This document shows, one piece after another, positions 17,870-32,712 of a stretch of DNA of 64,000 bases; position 1 is the stretch's first letter, and each line of letters starts with the position of its first letter. The DNA lies in contig OY762943.1 in the NCBI GenBank assembly GCA_963667145.1, forward strand, positions 1,236,251 to 1,300,250, read 5' to 3'. The translations under genes were made by a program, and so were the position numbers. The notes under the pieces are model-generated. The model was not told the origin of the DNA. It saw nothing but the letters and a program-made list of their open reading frames with translations, and made no database searches. This DNA comes from Candidatus Cloacimonadota bacterium (lineage in GTDB: Bacteria; Cloacimonadota; Cloacimonadia; G963667145).

Positions 17870-17952
17870 TTGGCAAAATCCTAAGGCACAAAAATTTACT
17901 TGCAAGAAAAATCTCAATCAATAGAAAGGAGCAGATTAAGGAATTGAAAAAA

Positions 17953-18753
17953 ATGACAACAAACTCTCCGAAACACCATTTGCCTTTGGTTAGCATCGTA
18001 ACAATCGTCTTCAACGGCATCGACATATTGGAAAAGACCATTCTGAGCGTTATCAACCAGACTTATCCTAACATTGAGTACATCGTTGTCGATGGCGGTT
18101 CTACTGATGGAACTGTTGACATTATCAAAAAGCACAAAGACAAAATCAGTACTTGGATAAGCGAAAAAGACCGTGGCATTTACTATGCGATGAACAAAGG
18201 AACTGCTCTCGCCACAGGTGAATGGCTTGGCTTTATGAACGCAGGAGATTCGTATTTTAGCGAAAGCACATTGGAAAAAATTTTCTTCCAACCAGTTGAC
18301 GCCGATGTTATTTACGGGCTAACCAAACGAATTTTCCCTGATTTCGAATACATCAAACAAACCAAACCAATCGAAACACTATGGCGAGGAATGAGATTTT
18401 GCCACCAAAGTATGTTCGTTAAAACCAGCCTGCAAAAAGAGAACAAATTCTCCCTAAGCTCGCTAAATGCTGATTACGAATTTATTTATAAAATGTATCT
18501 GCAAAACAAAACGTTCCTCTATCTCCCGATAGTTATTGCCAATTTTGCCGAAGGAGGTGCTTCCACAAAGAGCCTTCTACAAAGCAATTACACCAATTAC
18601 AAAATTTCCAACAAACTAAAAAAGCTCTCTATCCGTCAAAAGTTTTTCTATCTCTTTGCTATACTCTCCGCAGTATTTATGGATTTTGGAAGAAAGCTAA
18701 ATTCCAAGAGTTTAGAAAAATATTATAAACTAAAACTGAAAATGAAAAAATAG
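17953..18753 (+). CDS. Family 2 glycosyltransferase
   Basis: The motif VSIVTIVFNGIDILEKTILSVINQTYPNIEYIVVDGGSTDGT...YAMNKG...GEWLGFMNAGD matches the GT2 (Glycos_transf_2) DxD region. ATG 17953 is preferred over TTG 17944. Confidence 0.8.
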   Translation: MTTNSPKHHLPLVSIVTIVFNGIDILEKTILSVINQTYPNIEYIVVDGGSTDGTVDIIKKHKDKISTWISEKDRGIYYAMNKGTALATGEWLGFMNAGDSYFSESTLEKIFFQPVDADVIYGLTKRIFPDFEYIKQTKPIETLWRGMRFCHQSMFVKTSLQKENKFSLSSLNADYEFIYKMYLQNKTFLYLPIVIANFAEGGASTKSLLQSNYTNYKISNKLKKLSIRQKFFYLFAILSAVFMDFGRKLNSKSLEKYYKLKLKMKK

Positions 18754-18813
18754 TTGCTAAAAATGAGTTGACAAAAGATAGGTTCAATAACAAATGAACC
18801 AACTAAACTTTTA

Positions 18814-19506
18814 ATGAAAACACAAACCATTTTGCGTGCCGGATTAGTTACCATTTCATCAATCTTTTGCCTGTTTTCTCCTTCTTCTTTACGGGCAAGA
18901 AATTTTCATTACTTAGAGCCGGCACGCTCTTTTCTGCTCAATCCCGCTCTGCAAGATTCCTGCTTCTCCACGGGAGCCAAATTCTACAACGGCGAAAGCG
19001 ACGTCATGAATTACAACGTTTCTCTCTCCACTAAGCACAAAAAATTTTCTTACTTCGCCGATGGCGACTATCTGTATTTCAAATATTACAAAATGCTCAA
19101 TTTCTCAGGAGGACTAAGCTATAAACACAACATCTATTCCGTAGGTGGCTACTTATCCTACCAACAAGATTCCGAAGAAAATATCGATGAAGATTGCTCA
19201 ATTTCCACAGGGATTAACTTTTTGGGGATGAGTCATTATCTTATTTGCACTTCTATCTCAGAGAAGCAATGGGCTGTCGAAACTCGCAAAGATAAATTTT
19301 TGGTGTTCAGGCTTGAGGAAGAGAACTTTCTTGTCGCCACAGAAAATCTATTAAATAAATTCAGTTCCTTGAAAATTTCACTCCGTAAAAACGAACTTGC
19401 TTCGGGAATAAAGTTCACTATCAAAAAATGGTTTATACAATTTTCTACAATTTGGCATAGACATACCCAAGCGGATTATTTGGTGAATGTGGGAAGGGAA
19501 TTTTAG
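18814..19506 (+). CDS. Hypothetical secreted protein (230 aa)
   Basis: An ORF with an N-terminal hydrophobic signal-like region. No recognisable family. Confidence 0.4.
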   Translation: MKTQTILRAGLVTISSIFCLFSPSSLRARNFHYLEPARSFLLNPALQDSCFSTGAKFYNGESDVMNYNVSLSTKHKKFSYFADGDYLYFKYYKMLNFSGGLSYKHNIYSVGGYLSYQQDSEENIDEDCSISTGINFLGMSHYLICTSISEKQWAVETRKDKFLVFRLEEENFLVATENLLNKFSSLKISLRKNELASGIKFTIKKWFIQFSTIWHRHTQADYLVNVGREF

Positions 19507-19563
19507 CTTGACTAAATGTAAATAGGAACAATTATTTGCTGAATAAAGGGTAAGGAGTAAACT

Positions 19564-20361
19564 TTGCGAGTAAAAATTACTTTTAGTTCTAATAGAAATT
19601 TTTTTGTCCCTTTCAACTACAAATACGAGATTTCTGCCCTCGTCTACAAGCTAATTGCCACAGCTTCCCAAGATTATGCCACCTTTTTACATGAAAAAGG
19701 TTTTGAATTTGATTTCTTAAGAAAATTCAAACTTTTCACTTTCTCCGATCTAAATTTTATTCCATTTAAAATTGATAAGCTAAAAGGTGGATTTGGCGAA
19801 ATTGAAAAAGTTGAGTTAATTTTTTCCACATTGATTCCCAAAAGTTTTGAAAATTTTATTTTAGGGATTTTTAAAAATCAGAATATTTCACTTGGTTTTG
19901 GTGCAGGCAGAAAAATAGACTTCTTTGCAGAAAATGTGGAAACTTTACCAGAGATAACTTTTGAAAATGAACTTAAATTCAAGTGTCTTTCGCCGATAGT
20001 AGTAACTACTAAAAAAGAAATAAACGGCGATTTGAAATTGCATTTTGTGGAATATAATACTCCCGAAGAAAAGAAACAATTTTCCGAAAACATTCATAAA
20101 AATCTTCTCTATAAATATGCAGCTTTTCATGGTAAAGAATACGGAAATAAAGATTATAATTTTGAATTTCATTTTGATGAGGAATATATCAAAAAACGCA
20201 AAGGGAAAATTTATAAGCTCCTGCGTTACAAAAACACCAATATCAAAGGGATTTATGTTTCGGGTGTTGTAAAAGCTCCCAAAGAGTTGTTAGAGATTTT
20301 GTATTATGCAGGGGTTGGAGAGAAGAATAGCGGGGGATTTGGATGTGTGGAGGAAATTTGA
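19564..20361 (+). CDS. cas6: Cas6 (CRISPR repeat endoribonuclease), type I-B
   Basis: TTG start 8 nt after aaggag. The C-terminal glycine-rich loop GVGEKNSGGFGCV is typical of Cas6. It is the first gene of the cas operon. Confidence 0.75.
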   Translation: MRVKITFSSNRNFFVPFNYKYEISALVYKLIATASQDYATFLHEKGFEFDFLRKFKLFTFSDLNFIPFKIDKLKGGFGEIEKVELIFSTLIPKSFENFILGIFKNQNISLGFGAGRKIDFFAENVETLPEITFENELKFKCLSPIVVTTKKEINGDLKLHFVEYNTPEEKKQFSENIHKNLLYKYAAFHGKEYGNKDYNFEFHFDEEYIKKRKGKIYKLLRYKNTNIKGIYVSGVVKAPKELLEILYYAGVGEKNSGGFGCVEEI

Positions 20362-20370
20362 GAGGTAAGA

Positions 20371-23865
<3,495 letters not shown>

Positions 23866-23874
23866 GTATTATCA

Positions 23875-26322
23875 ATGTATATTGAATTTGATAGTTTGAA
23901 TATTGCTCAAAATATTTTTGCACATAGAAAAGGGGAAAAACCAAAGGAAACTTTGGAAAAACATTCTAATTTAACAAAAAAATATTTAGATTTGTTAATT
24001 CAGAAGAAAAATTTAACTGAAATCCTCGATACTTTGTTTAATTATATTCCTGTAAAAAATGCTTACCTATTAAGGGAGATGTTTTTTAACGCTGTATATC
24101 TTCATGATTTGGGAAAGAACAATTCAGGCTTTCAACGACATAAGATGGGAAATTTAGATTTTGAAGAGACAACAGCTTCTTCTAATCACTCTTATCTTTC
24201 AGCTAAAAAATTTATTAGAATCTTTGAAGAGAAAATTGAAAAAATTGACGATGAATTAGAGAATTATTTATTGCTTTTTGTTTTATATAATTTTGCTTAT
24301 CAAATATCAAAACATCATGGCAGATTAGAATCTTTTGAGAGTTTTATTGAAAAAACAAAAAATAAAGACTTAAAAAATTTTCAGCAAAACTTGCAATATC
24401 TTAAAATCTCTGAATTTGAGTTTTACATTCTAAGCAAATTACTTTTCTCATTATTAGTAAGTTCCGATTATTATGCAACAACAGAATATATGGCTGATTT
24501 GAAAACAGAAAATTTTGGCTTATTTAATATACCATTAAAGGGAAAACTAAATCAAAAATTTAATGATTTCAAAAATTCTTTACCTAAACCTGAAGGAATA
24601 AATATTCTTCGTTCAAAGATGCTAAAAGAAACGGAAGAGGTTTTGGCTGGAAATTTTGATAAAAATATTTTTTATTTGGAAGCTCCAACGGGGAGTGGAA
24701 AAACCATAACTTCTATTAATTTGGCATTAAAATTATTGGAAAAAGATAAAAATTTAAATAAACTTTTTTATATTTTTCCTTTTAATACTTTAGTTGAGCA
24801 AACAAAAAAAGTTTTCGAAAATATTTTTGAAGATTTGCTAAACATTGAAGTTATAAATTCTATCACTCCAATCAAAATACAAAATGATGAGGAATTGGAA
24901 GAAGAAGAAAGTAAATATGAAAAATCGTATTTAAATAGATTGTTTTTTCATAATCCAGTAATTTTAACTACGCATATTGCTTTATTTAAAATTTTATTCG
25001 GACTTTCCAAAGAAGACAATTATCCTCTTTGGCAACTTGCTAATTCTGTGATAATTCTTGATGAAATTCAATCTTACGATAATAAAATCTGGTGGCATAT
25101 GATTGAGTTTTTTCAAAAATATGCTAAAAACCTTAATCTTAAAATTATAATAATGTCGGCAACTTTGCCTAAACTTGATACTTTATTGGAAAATCCGGTT
25201 GGTTTTGTTGATTTGATAAAGAATAGGTCAAATTATTTTGAAAATAGTTATTTTAAAGAAAGGGTGAAACTTGATTTTTCATTATTGAAAAATGAAATTT
25301 TTAAAAAGGATACTGATGATGATCTGCGAAAAGTTAGGATTGAAAAATTATTTTCTGCTTTTGATGAAGAAAAAACTAAGTATCAAAAGTTTCTTTTTGA
25401 ATTTATAAAAAAGAATACGGCTCGAGAGATTTATAATCTTCTAAAAGAAAAATATGAAAGTGAATTTGATATTTATGAATTGACCGGTGACGACAATAAG
25501 GCTTATCGGGAATATGTAATTTCAGAAACGAAAAAGAACAAAAAAATAATTGTTGTTGCTACGCAAGTAATTGAGGCTGGTGTGGACATTGATATGGATA
25601 TTGGTTTTAAAAATATTTCAACTATTGATAGTGAAGAACAATTTCTCGGCAGAATAAATCGTAATTGCCAAAAGAAAAATTCAAAAGCTTATTTTTTTTA
25701 TTTGGATAGTGAACAAGATGTTTATAAGGAAGATAATCGCTTAGAGTTTAATTTGCGAAAAGAAAAATATAAAAATAATTTAATAAATAAAAATTTTCAA
25801 GACTTTTATTCTGAAGTTTTAGACAGAATTTTCAAGAAAGAAAGCGAAATAAAATCCGGCTTGGAAAGTGAATTCGATACTTTTAAAAAATATGTTGGAG
25901 AGCTTAATTATAAGATTATTTCTGATAAAATGACTTTAATTAAATCACAGAATTTTATCATATTTTTCCCCTTCCAAATAGATATTCAAAAATATGAAAT
26001 TGAGGAATTTAAAAATATTGATTCTTCACTATTTGAAAAAGATAAATTAGACGGTGAAAAAATTTGGAATAGATTTAAAAAATTAAATGAAATTAAAAAT
26101 TTTACTCAAAGGGAAATTGAGAAATCTAAAATAAATTCACTGATGCAGTTTTTTATATTCAATATAACAAAGTATGATAGTAAAGAACTTTTTACGGGAA
26201 CCTATGATGAAGAAATCGGTGGAATTTATTATATAAAAGATTATGAAGATTTTATTACAGAAGATTTGAAGTTTAAGCGAAAAGAATTTATTGAAAAATG
26301 CAAAGATAGAAACTTGGAATAG
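23875..26322 (+). CDS. cas3: Cas3 HD-nuclease/helicase fusion
   Basis: HD domain (AH...YLHDLGK...), DEAD/DEAH helicase Walker A APTGSGKT, DEID (IILDEIQSYD), helicase C region VVATQVIEAGVDIDMD. Confidence 0.9.
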   Translation: MYIEFDSLNIAQNIFAHRKGEKPKETLEKHSNLTKKYLDLLIQKKNLTEILDTLFNYIPVKNAYLLREMFFNAVYLHDLGKNNSGFQRHKMGNLDFEETTASSNHSYLSAKKFIRIFEEKIEKIDDELENYLLLFVLYNFAYQISKHHGRLESFESFIEKTKNKDLKNFQQNLQYLKISEFEFYILSKLLFSLLVSSDYYATTEYMADLKTENFGLFNIPLKGKLNQKFNDFKNSLPKPEGINILRSKMLKETEEVLAGNFDKNIFYLEAPTGSGKTITSINLALKLLEKDKNLNKLFYIFPFNTLVEQTKKVFENIFEDLLNIEVINSITPIKIQNDEELEEEESKYEKSYLNRLFFHNPVILTTHIALFKILFGLSKEDNYPLWQLANSVIILDEIQSYDNKIWWHMIEFFQKYAKNLNLKIIIMSATLPKLDTLLENPVGFVDLIKNRSNYFENSYFKERVKLDFSLLKNEIFKKDTDDDLRKVRIEKLFSAFDEEKTKYQKFLFEFIKKNTAREIYNLLKEKYESEFDIYELTGDDNKAYREYVISETKKNKKIIVVATQVIEAGVDIDMDIGFKNISTIDSEEQFLGRINRNCQKKNSKAYFFYLDSEQDVYKEDNRLEFNLRKEKYKNNLINKNFQDFYSEVLDRIFKKESEIKSGLESEFDTFKKYVGELNYKIISDKMTLIKSQNFIIFFPFQIDIQKYEIEEFKNIDSSLFEKDKLDGEKIWNRFKKLNEIKNFTQREIEKSKINSLMQFFIFNITKYDSKELFTGTYDEEIGGIYYIKDYEDFITEDLKFKRKEFIEKCKDRNLE

Positions 26323-26350
26323 ATAAATAAAAGCTAATTTAGGGGAACTT

Positions 26351-26848
26351 ATGGTCAATAACCCAAAAATTACAGCTACCCAAATCAATTACTATTTTGT
26401 GTGTCATCGCGAACTCTGGCTTTTTTCTCATCAGGTGAATATGGAGCAAAATTCAGAATTGGTAGCTTTGGGTAAGCTTTTGCACGAAAATTCTTATAAG
26501 CGGGAAGACAAGGAAGTGCAAATCGGTCCGATTAAAATCGATTTTATAGGTAAGGACAGAGTTATTCACGAGGTAAAGAAAACTCCCTCCATCGAAGAAG
26601 CACACACTTGGCAACTCAAGTATTATTTGTGGTATCTGAAACAATTGGGAGTGGAAAATTTGAAAGGCGAGATAGATTATCCCAAATTGAAAAAACGGAC
26701 GGAAATTACCTTGAGCACAGAAGATGAAGAGCAAATCGGGAAAATATTGCAAGAAATAGAGCAAATTGTAAATTCCCCCGAAATTCCGCAAACCATCAAC
26801 AAATCTCGATGCAAAAAATGTAGCTATTACGAACTTTGTTATATTTAA
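26351..26848 (+). CDS. cas4: Cas4 (RecB-like nuclease with Fe-S cysteines)
   Basis: 165 aa. The N-terminal Cys is in YYFVCHRELW. The C-terminal cluster CKKCSYYELC supplies three more Cys. It includes the RecB-nuclease core. Confidence 0.85.
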   Translation: MVNNPKITATQINYYFVCHRELWLFSHQVNMEQNSELVALGKLLHENSYKREDKEVQIGPIKIDFIGKDRVIHEVKKTPSIEEAHTWQLKYYLWYLKQLGVENLKGEIDYPKLKKRTEITLSTEDEEQIGKILQEIEQIVNSPEIPQTINKSRCKKCSYYELCYI

Positions 26849-26857
26849 GGAGATAAG

Positions 26858-27847
26858 ATGAAGAGAGATTATTTTTCTTTTTCCAATGGAAGTTTCCAAC
26901 GGAAAGATAATACGCTTCTTTATACTAATCTTGAGGGTAAGAAAAAGATAATCCCCATCGAAACCGTCAAAAATTTATACTCATTTGGGGAGACCGATCT
27001 TAATACCAAGCTTTTGAATTTTTTGGCTCAAAATGAAGTTTTTTTGCATATTTTCAATTACTACGGGTTTTATTCGGGAAGTTTTGTCCCCAGAGACAGC
27101 TTACTTTCCGGAGAAGTGATAGTCAAACAAGTCAAAAAATTTACTAAACCATCTTTGCAATTGATTCTTGCCAAAGAGTTAATTTCGGCTACCAGAGATA
27201 ATATGCTCAAAAATTTGTCTTATTATGCCAATAGAGGCAAAAACGATTTGGATGAAATCAAACAAAAAATGGAGAGTTTTGACCTTGAGGAAGCTGACGA
27301 TACTCAGCAATTGATGGGAATTGAGGGCAATATTCGAAAAACTTATTATCAAAGTTTCAATACAATCATCGATAGGGAAATTGATTTTGAAAAGCGAGTT
27401 AAACGTCCCCCTGACAATATGATAAACACTTTGGTCTCTTTTGGAAATATGATGCTTTACACAGCTGTACTTTCGGAAATTTACCGTACGCAACTAAATC
27501 CCACGATTTCTTTTTATCACAAACCTTCTTATCGCAGATACTCTCTGGCATTGGATATTTCGGAATTGTTCAAACCATTTTTGGTGGATAGAATTATCTT
27601 TAAGCTTCTAAACAAAAATATGATTAGCGAGAAAGATTTCAAAAAAGAACTTAATTTTTGCTATATGAAAGAAAAGGCGAGAAAAGTTTTCGTGAAGGAG
27701 TTTGACGAAAAATTGTCTACGACCATCAAGCACAAAAAACTTGGAAGGAACATTTCTTATAGGCATCTTATGCGGTTGGAATGTTATAAATTTGTAAAAG
27801 TTGTTTTGGAACATATTGATTATGAAGCATTTAGGACTTGGTGGTGA
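26858..27847 (+). CDS. cas1: Cas1 integrase
   Basis: 329 aa. It has the conserved Cas1 fold regions (…GIEGNIRKTYYQSF…KRPPDNMINTLVSFGNMMLY…) and sits before cas2. Confidence 0.9.
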   Translation: MKRDYFSFSNGSFQRKDNTLLYTNLEGKKKIIPIETVKNLYSFGETDLNTKLLNFLAQNEVFLHIFNYYGFYSGSFVPRDSLLSGEVIVKQVKKFTKPSLQLILAKELISATRDNMLKNLSYYANRGKNDLDEIKQKMESFDLEEADDTQQLMGIEGNIRKTYYQSFNTIIDREIDFEKRVKRPPDNMINTLVSFGNMMLYTAVLSEIYRTQLNPTISFYHKPSYRRYSLALDISELFKPFLVDRIIFKLLNKNMISEKDFKKELNFCYMKEKARKVFVKEFDEKLSTTIKHKKLGRNISYRHLMRLECYKFVKVVLEHIDYEAFRTWW

Positions 27848-27850
27848 TTT

Positions 27851-28114
27851 ATGTATGTGATAGCTGTTTATGATATTGGCGAAAAAAGAGTTGGCAAAAT
27901 TTTAAAGATTTTTAGAAAATATTTGACGCGAATTCAAAATTCCGTTTTCGAAGGAGAGATTACCAAATCGAAATTTGAAAAGTTGAAGATAGAAGTGTTA
28001 GAAGTGATTGACAAGGGTTATGATAATGTTTTGTACTACAAATTGACTTCCGATCATTATTTGCGTAAAGAACAGTTGGGAGTGCAATTAGACCAGATGA
28101 GCGTCTTCTTGTAA
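27851..28114 (+). CDS. cas2: Cas2
   Basis: 87 aa. MYVIAVYDIGEKRVGKILKIFRKYLTRIQNSVFEGEI is the canonical Cas2 N-terminus. Confidence 0.85.
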   Translation: MYVIAVYDIGEKRVGKILKIFRKYLTRIQNSVFEGEITKSKFEKLKIEVLEVIDKGYDNVLYYKLTSDHYLRKEQLGVQLDQMSVFL

Positions 28115-28310
28115 TTTGTCGATGCTCAAAAATTTGAGAAAAATTATTTGTTTCTTTATAAAATATTTGTAACAATTTGATTATTTCGTTGCAAATCATC
28201 ACGTTGTCGAACTTGGGGGAATTTTACATTATGAGGCATCGACGACAAAATCTTTCGTTATTTTGATATTGTAGCTTATTAAATAAGCATTTGTCTAGAA
28301 AAAGTAACGG
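28115..28310 (+). promoter_or_regulatory. CRISPR leader (AT-rich, between cas2 and the first repeat)
   Basis: 196 bp at about 25% GC, immediately 5' of repeat 1. The repeat orientation (ending ATTGAAAC on the + strand) puts array transcription on the + strand starting here. Confidence 0.55.
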
Positions 28311-31300
28311 ATTTAAATTAGACTACTGTAGAATTGAAACCAAGTTACAATGAGGACGAAATGGATACACTTTTGTATTTAAATTAGACTACTGTAGAAT
28401 TGAAACTTTTGAGACTCTCCCTCCCAAGATAGAAAGATTAGATTTAAATTAGACTACTGTAGAATTGAAACTTACAAATAACCGTAAAAAATAGATAAAA
28501 AACTTTATTTAAATTAGACTACTGTAGAATTGAAACGTAGCATTATTAACATATTTTGTAAATGTTGCCTGTATTTAAATTAGACTACTGTAGAATTGAA
28601 ACTCTGAATAATTATCGCTAAAAATTCCCTCTCGAAATTTAAATTAGACTACTGTAGAATTGAAACAAGTTCGCTGAGTTCCAAGACATACTGAACTTTT
28701 TATTTAAATTAGACTACTGTAGAATTGAAACATATTAAAGGCAGTTTAGCAGATTATTTGCTTCGTATTTAAATTAGACTACTGTAGAATTGAAACGTTA
28801 CATTAAAAGCTGTCCCCCAGTTAATTTTGAGGTATTTAAATTAGACTACTGTAGAATTGAAACTAAACAAATCTTTTTTGATTTTGGTCACCCAACCAAT
28901 TTAAATTAGACTACTGTAGAATTGAAACTGGAAACCGAGCTGTCTGCTTGTGGGACGCTTTCTCCATTTAAATTAGACTACTGTAGAATTGAAACTTATA
29001 TATATCATCGAATAGTAGGCAGGCATATTGTATTTAAATTAGACTACTGTAGAATTGAAACCTCTTTTTGCTTTTTGGCAGGAGTTATCTTGAACGATTT
29101 AAATTAGACTACTGTAGAATTGAAACAGAGGATGTAGTCCGAAATGGAGAAAGCAGAATAAATTTAAATTAGACTACTGTAGAATTGAAACTTTAAAAAT
29201 TCGCCTTTTACTCGGAATGTCTTATTTTTATTTAAATTAGACTACTGTAGAATTGAAACTTTAAAATCTTCCTATATGGAAATTAAACCTCCAGATTTAA
29301 ATTAGACTACTGTAGAATTGAAACTGGTTTTTCTGGCAGTAGTAATGTCAGCTTTGATTATTTAAATTAGACTACTGTAGAATTGAAACAGTATGGAGAT
29401 TTTGCTACACGGAATGAGACGGCATTTAAATTAGACTACTGTAGAATTGAAACCACCCTCAATCTACCAATCACTTCCGGCGACCACTTATTTAAATTAG
29501 ACTACTGTAGAATTGAAACATGTCATTAAGAGTGCTATTAAAAAGAATATTTGAATATTTAAATTAGACTACTGTAGAATTGAAACTTTGTCGGCTTTGT
29601 ATTCGCCTGTTGGTTTTCGGAGCATTTAAATTAGACTACTGTAGAATTGAAACAAAACTCGTCTCTGACTTCTCCAAGGCTCTTGCCTTGATTTAAATTA
29701 GACTACTGTAGAATTGAAACTCTGATAAGCAAAAACTATGCTTACGCACCCTCACATTTAAATTAGACTACTGTAGAATTGAAACATTGTTCTATCAAAA
29801 CAGATTTTAAAATTATTTTTGCATTTAAATTAGACTACTGTAGAATTGAAACTTGAGCGTGTAAGATTTACCACCGCTCAACACCACAATTTAAATTAGA
29901 CTACTGTAGAATTGAAACGCCAGAAGGTGGATATGCCGATGCCCTGAAGATGAATTTAAATTAGACTACTGTAGAATTGAAACAAGGCGAATATACGGAC
30001 GAGAGCTTTGAGGCGATGAAGATTTAAATTAGACTACTGTAGAATTGAAACACATCTTTGAGTCTTTTAAATGCTTTTAAGGCTGATAATTTAAATTAGA
30101 CTACTGTAGAATTGAAACAAATATTTCAACGAAAAGAAAAATAAAGATGTAACAATTTAAATTAGACTACTGTAGAATTGAAACAATAGATTATGCAATA
30201 AATATTACAAGAGGATATTCAAATTTAAATTAGACTACTGTAGAATTGAAACGATAGTGCTTGTTTAATTGTCAGCCCTTTTTTCCTTATTTAAATTAGA
30301 CTACTGTAGAATTGAAACTCTGATAAGCAAAAACTATGCTTACGCACCCTCACATTTAAATTAGACTACTGTAGAATTGAAACATTGTTCTATCAAAACA
30401 GATTTTAAAATTATTTTTGCATTTAAATTAGACTACTGTAGAATTGAAACTTGAGCGTGTAAGATTTACCACCGCTCAACACCACAATTTAAATTAGACT
30501 ACTGTAGAATTGAAACGCCAGAAGGTGGATATGCCGATGCCCTGAAGATGAATTTAAATTAGACTACTGTAGAATTGAAACAAGGCGAATATACGGACGA
30601 GAGCTTTGAGGCGATGAAGATTTAAATTAGACTACTGTAGAATTGAAACACATCTTTGAGTCTTTTAAATGCTTTTAAGGCTGATAATTTAAATTAGACT
30701 ACTGTAGAATTGAAACAAATATTTCAACGAAAAGAAAAATAAAGATGTAACAATTTAAATTAGACTACTGTAGAATTGAAACAATAGATTATGCAATAAA
30801 TATTACAAGAGGATATTCAAATTTAAATTAGACTACTGTAGAATTGAAACGATAGTGCTTGTTTAATTGTCAGCCCTTTTTTCCTTATTTAAATTAGACT
30901 ACTGTAGAATTGAAACTTATATATATCATCGAATAGTAGGCAGGCATATTGGATTTAAATTAGACTACTGTAGAATTGAAACCCTGTTCAAGCATATACT
31001 CGATAAAGTCTGCTAAATTTAAATTAGACTACTGTAGAATTGAAACTTTTGCCCTGCTTAAATTATTATAAGTCAATACAATATTTAAATTAGACTACTG
31101 TAGAATTGAAACCTCGATTAAGCCCACCTGTTCCAGTTCCCGGAGTCCTATTTAAATTAGACTACTGTAGAATTGAAACTTGATTTGTGTCTGAGGCTCA
31201 ATTTTAGGGATTAAATTTAAATTAGACTACTGTAGAATTGAAACCTATAAATTTTGGAATAAACAATTTTAAGATAAAAGATTTAAATTAGACTACTGTA

Positions 31301-31636
31301 GAATTGAAACTGGAGCTAAAAAAAGTTTTTGTCAGCTTAATTCCGTATTTAAATTAGACTACTGTAGAATTGAAACTTTATAAATGGTGTTGTAAAATCC
31401 AAATTTATAAAACAATTTAAATTAGACTACTGTAGAATTGAAACATTCAAATCTGACGATTTGTTATTCCCTAACTCTCGATTTAAATTAGACTACTGTA
31501 GAATTGAAACGTCGGTATTCGTATTATTTGCATATGAATAGTCCGTATTTAAATTAGACTACTGTAGAATTGAAACATAATCAATCCTACAAACTTCCTC
31601 AATCTCTCAAAATTTAAATTAGACTACTGTAGAATT
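28311..31636 (+). CRISPR. CRISPR array, leader-proximal half: 51 repeats, the last truncated by the IS
   Basis: 30-bp repeat ATTTAAATTAGACTACTGTAGAATTGAAAC with a period of about 66 bp and spacers of 34-39 bp. Positions were counted by eye and may be off by a few bp. Confidence 0.95.
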
Positions 31637-32712
31637 GTGGGCGGTATGCAGTAAAAGTATCCACCCTTGTTAATTTTTTCTATGTCTCTCGAATAAAAAT
31701 CTGCGATGATGGGATTTATGTTTATGACCTTATAATTAGGCTTTGAAAAATTTTCTCTCAAAATCTGTTTTGGCGATTTCCCACCTCGTCCTCGGTTGCC
31801 ACGAAAGTGATTAAAATACAGCGTGTAGCAGTGGGTTTTGCACAGAAAATCTTCGCAACTTCCAAAATCCTCAATTCTATAAAACTCATCTTCAATCAAG
31901 CGGTGACAACTCTCAACATCTGAATTAAAAGTCGGACTAGCTTTTGGAATAAGCAAATGCTTCGCACCATTTTTGGCTACCATTTTTTCAAAATATGTAA
32001 CGCCTTTCTTCTTATTAACGTGCGTGAATTCCGTGCCATTGTCCGTCTGAAAAGCGACTTTGGAAATATCGACTCCACATTTTGCCAAATTTTTGCACAA
32101 ATAATCGATGTAAATCCCTGTGTTAACACTCGTTTTTTCGTAGCAAAATCCAATGAACTGCATCCCCGATTTATAGTCGCGGGCAGTTATTTGATACTTC
32201 GGGAAATTTTTGTATTTAATCCCCTCAAACAGCTCAGGTAAGTCGGTCAGGTACTTAATATCAACCTGAAATTTCTCGTAAATTTTCGCTTTTTTTCGCA
32301 TCAAGCTCAAGTCTTTTCTGCGTTGGTATCTTCGCTTTTTTTTCTTAATCAAACCTTCGTCGCACAGCTTTTTGTGAACAGTGGAATGCGAGCAATTCAG
32401 CTGAAGATGGTCAATAATTCGTCGTGAACCCCACAGGTTTTTGGATTTATTTCGGCACGTTACAATCTCATCAACCACTTCAGGATTCATGCGATTCGGG
32501 AAAAATTGATTTTTTCGGGACTTGTTATTCAACCCCTCCTCTCCCTTTAAATTATAAGCTTTTACCCATTTTCGCACAGTTTTTCTGGTGGTGTTGAATT
32601 CACGTGCAGCCTCCGAAATAGAAGTTTCTTTGGCGTACTTTACCAACTTTTTTCGGTAATAAACCTTGTACTTTTTATCCATAAAATTCTTATTGCTTTC
32701 GTAATTATTCAT
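31624..32712 (-). CDS. DDE transposase (rve integrase core with N-terminal HTH; IS481-like)
   Basis: 362 aa. HTH (SISEAAREFNTTRKTVRKWVKAY). Integrase core with DNGTEF and ...IEDEF.... The ORF has no internal stop: the last two codons and the TAG stop are supplied by the flanking CRISPR repeat. Confidence 0.8.
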   Translation of the reverse strand: MNNYESNKNFMDKKYKVYYRKKLVKYAKETSISEAAREFNTTRKTVRKWVKAYNLKGEEGLNNKSRKNQFFPNRMNPEVVDEIVTCRNKSKNLWGSRRIIDHLQLNCSHSTVHKKLCDEGLIKKKKRRYQRRKDLSLMRKKAKIYEKFQVDIKYLTDLPELFEGIKYKNFPKYQITARDYKSGMQFIGFCYEKTSVNTGIYIDYLCKNLAKCGVDISKVAFQTDNGTEFTHVNKKKGVTYFEKMVAKNGAKHLLIPKASPTFNSDVESCHRLIEDEFYRIEDFGSCEDFLCKTHCYTLYFNHFRGNRGRGGKSPKQILRENFSKPNYKVININPIIADFYSRDIEKINKGGYFYCIPPTILQ

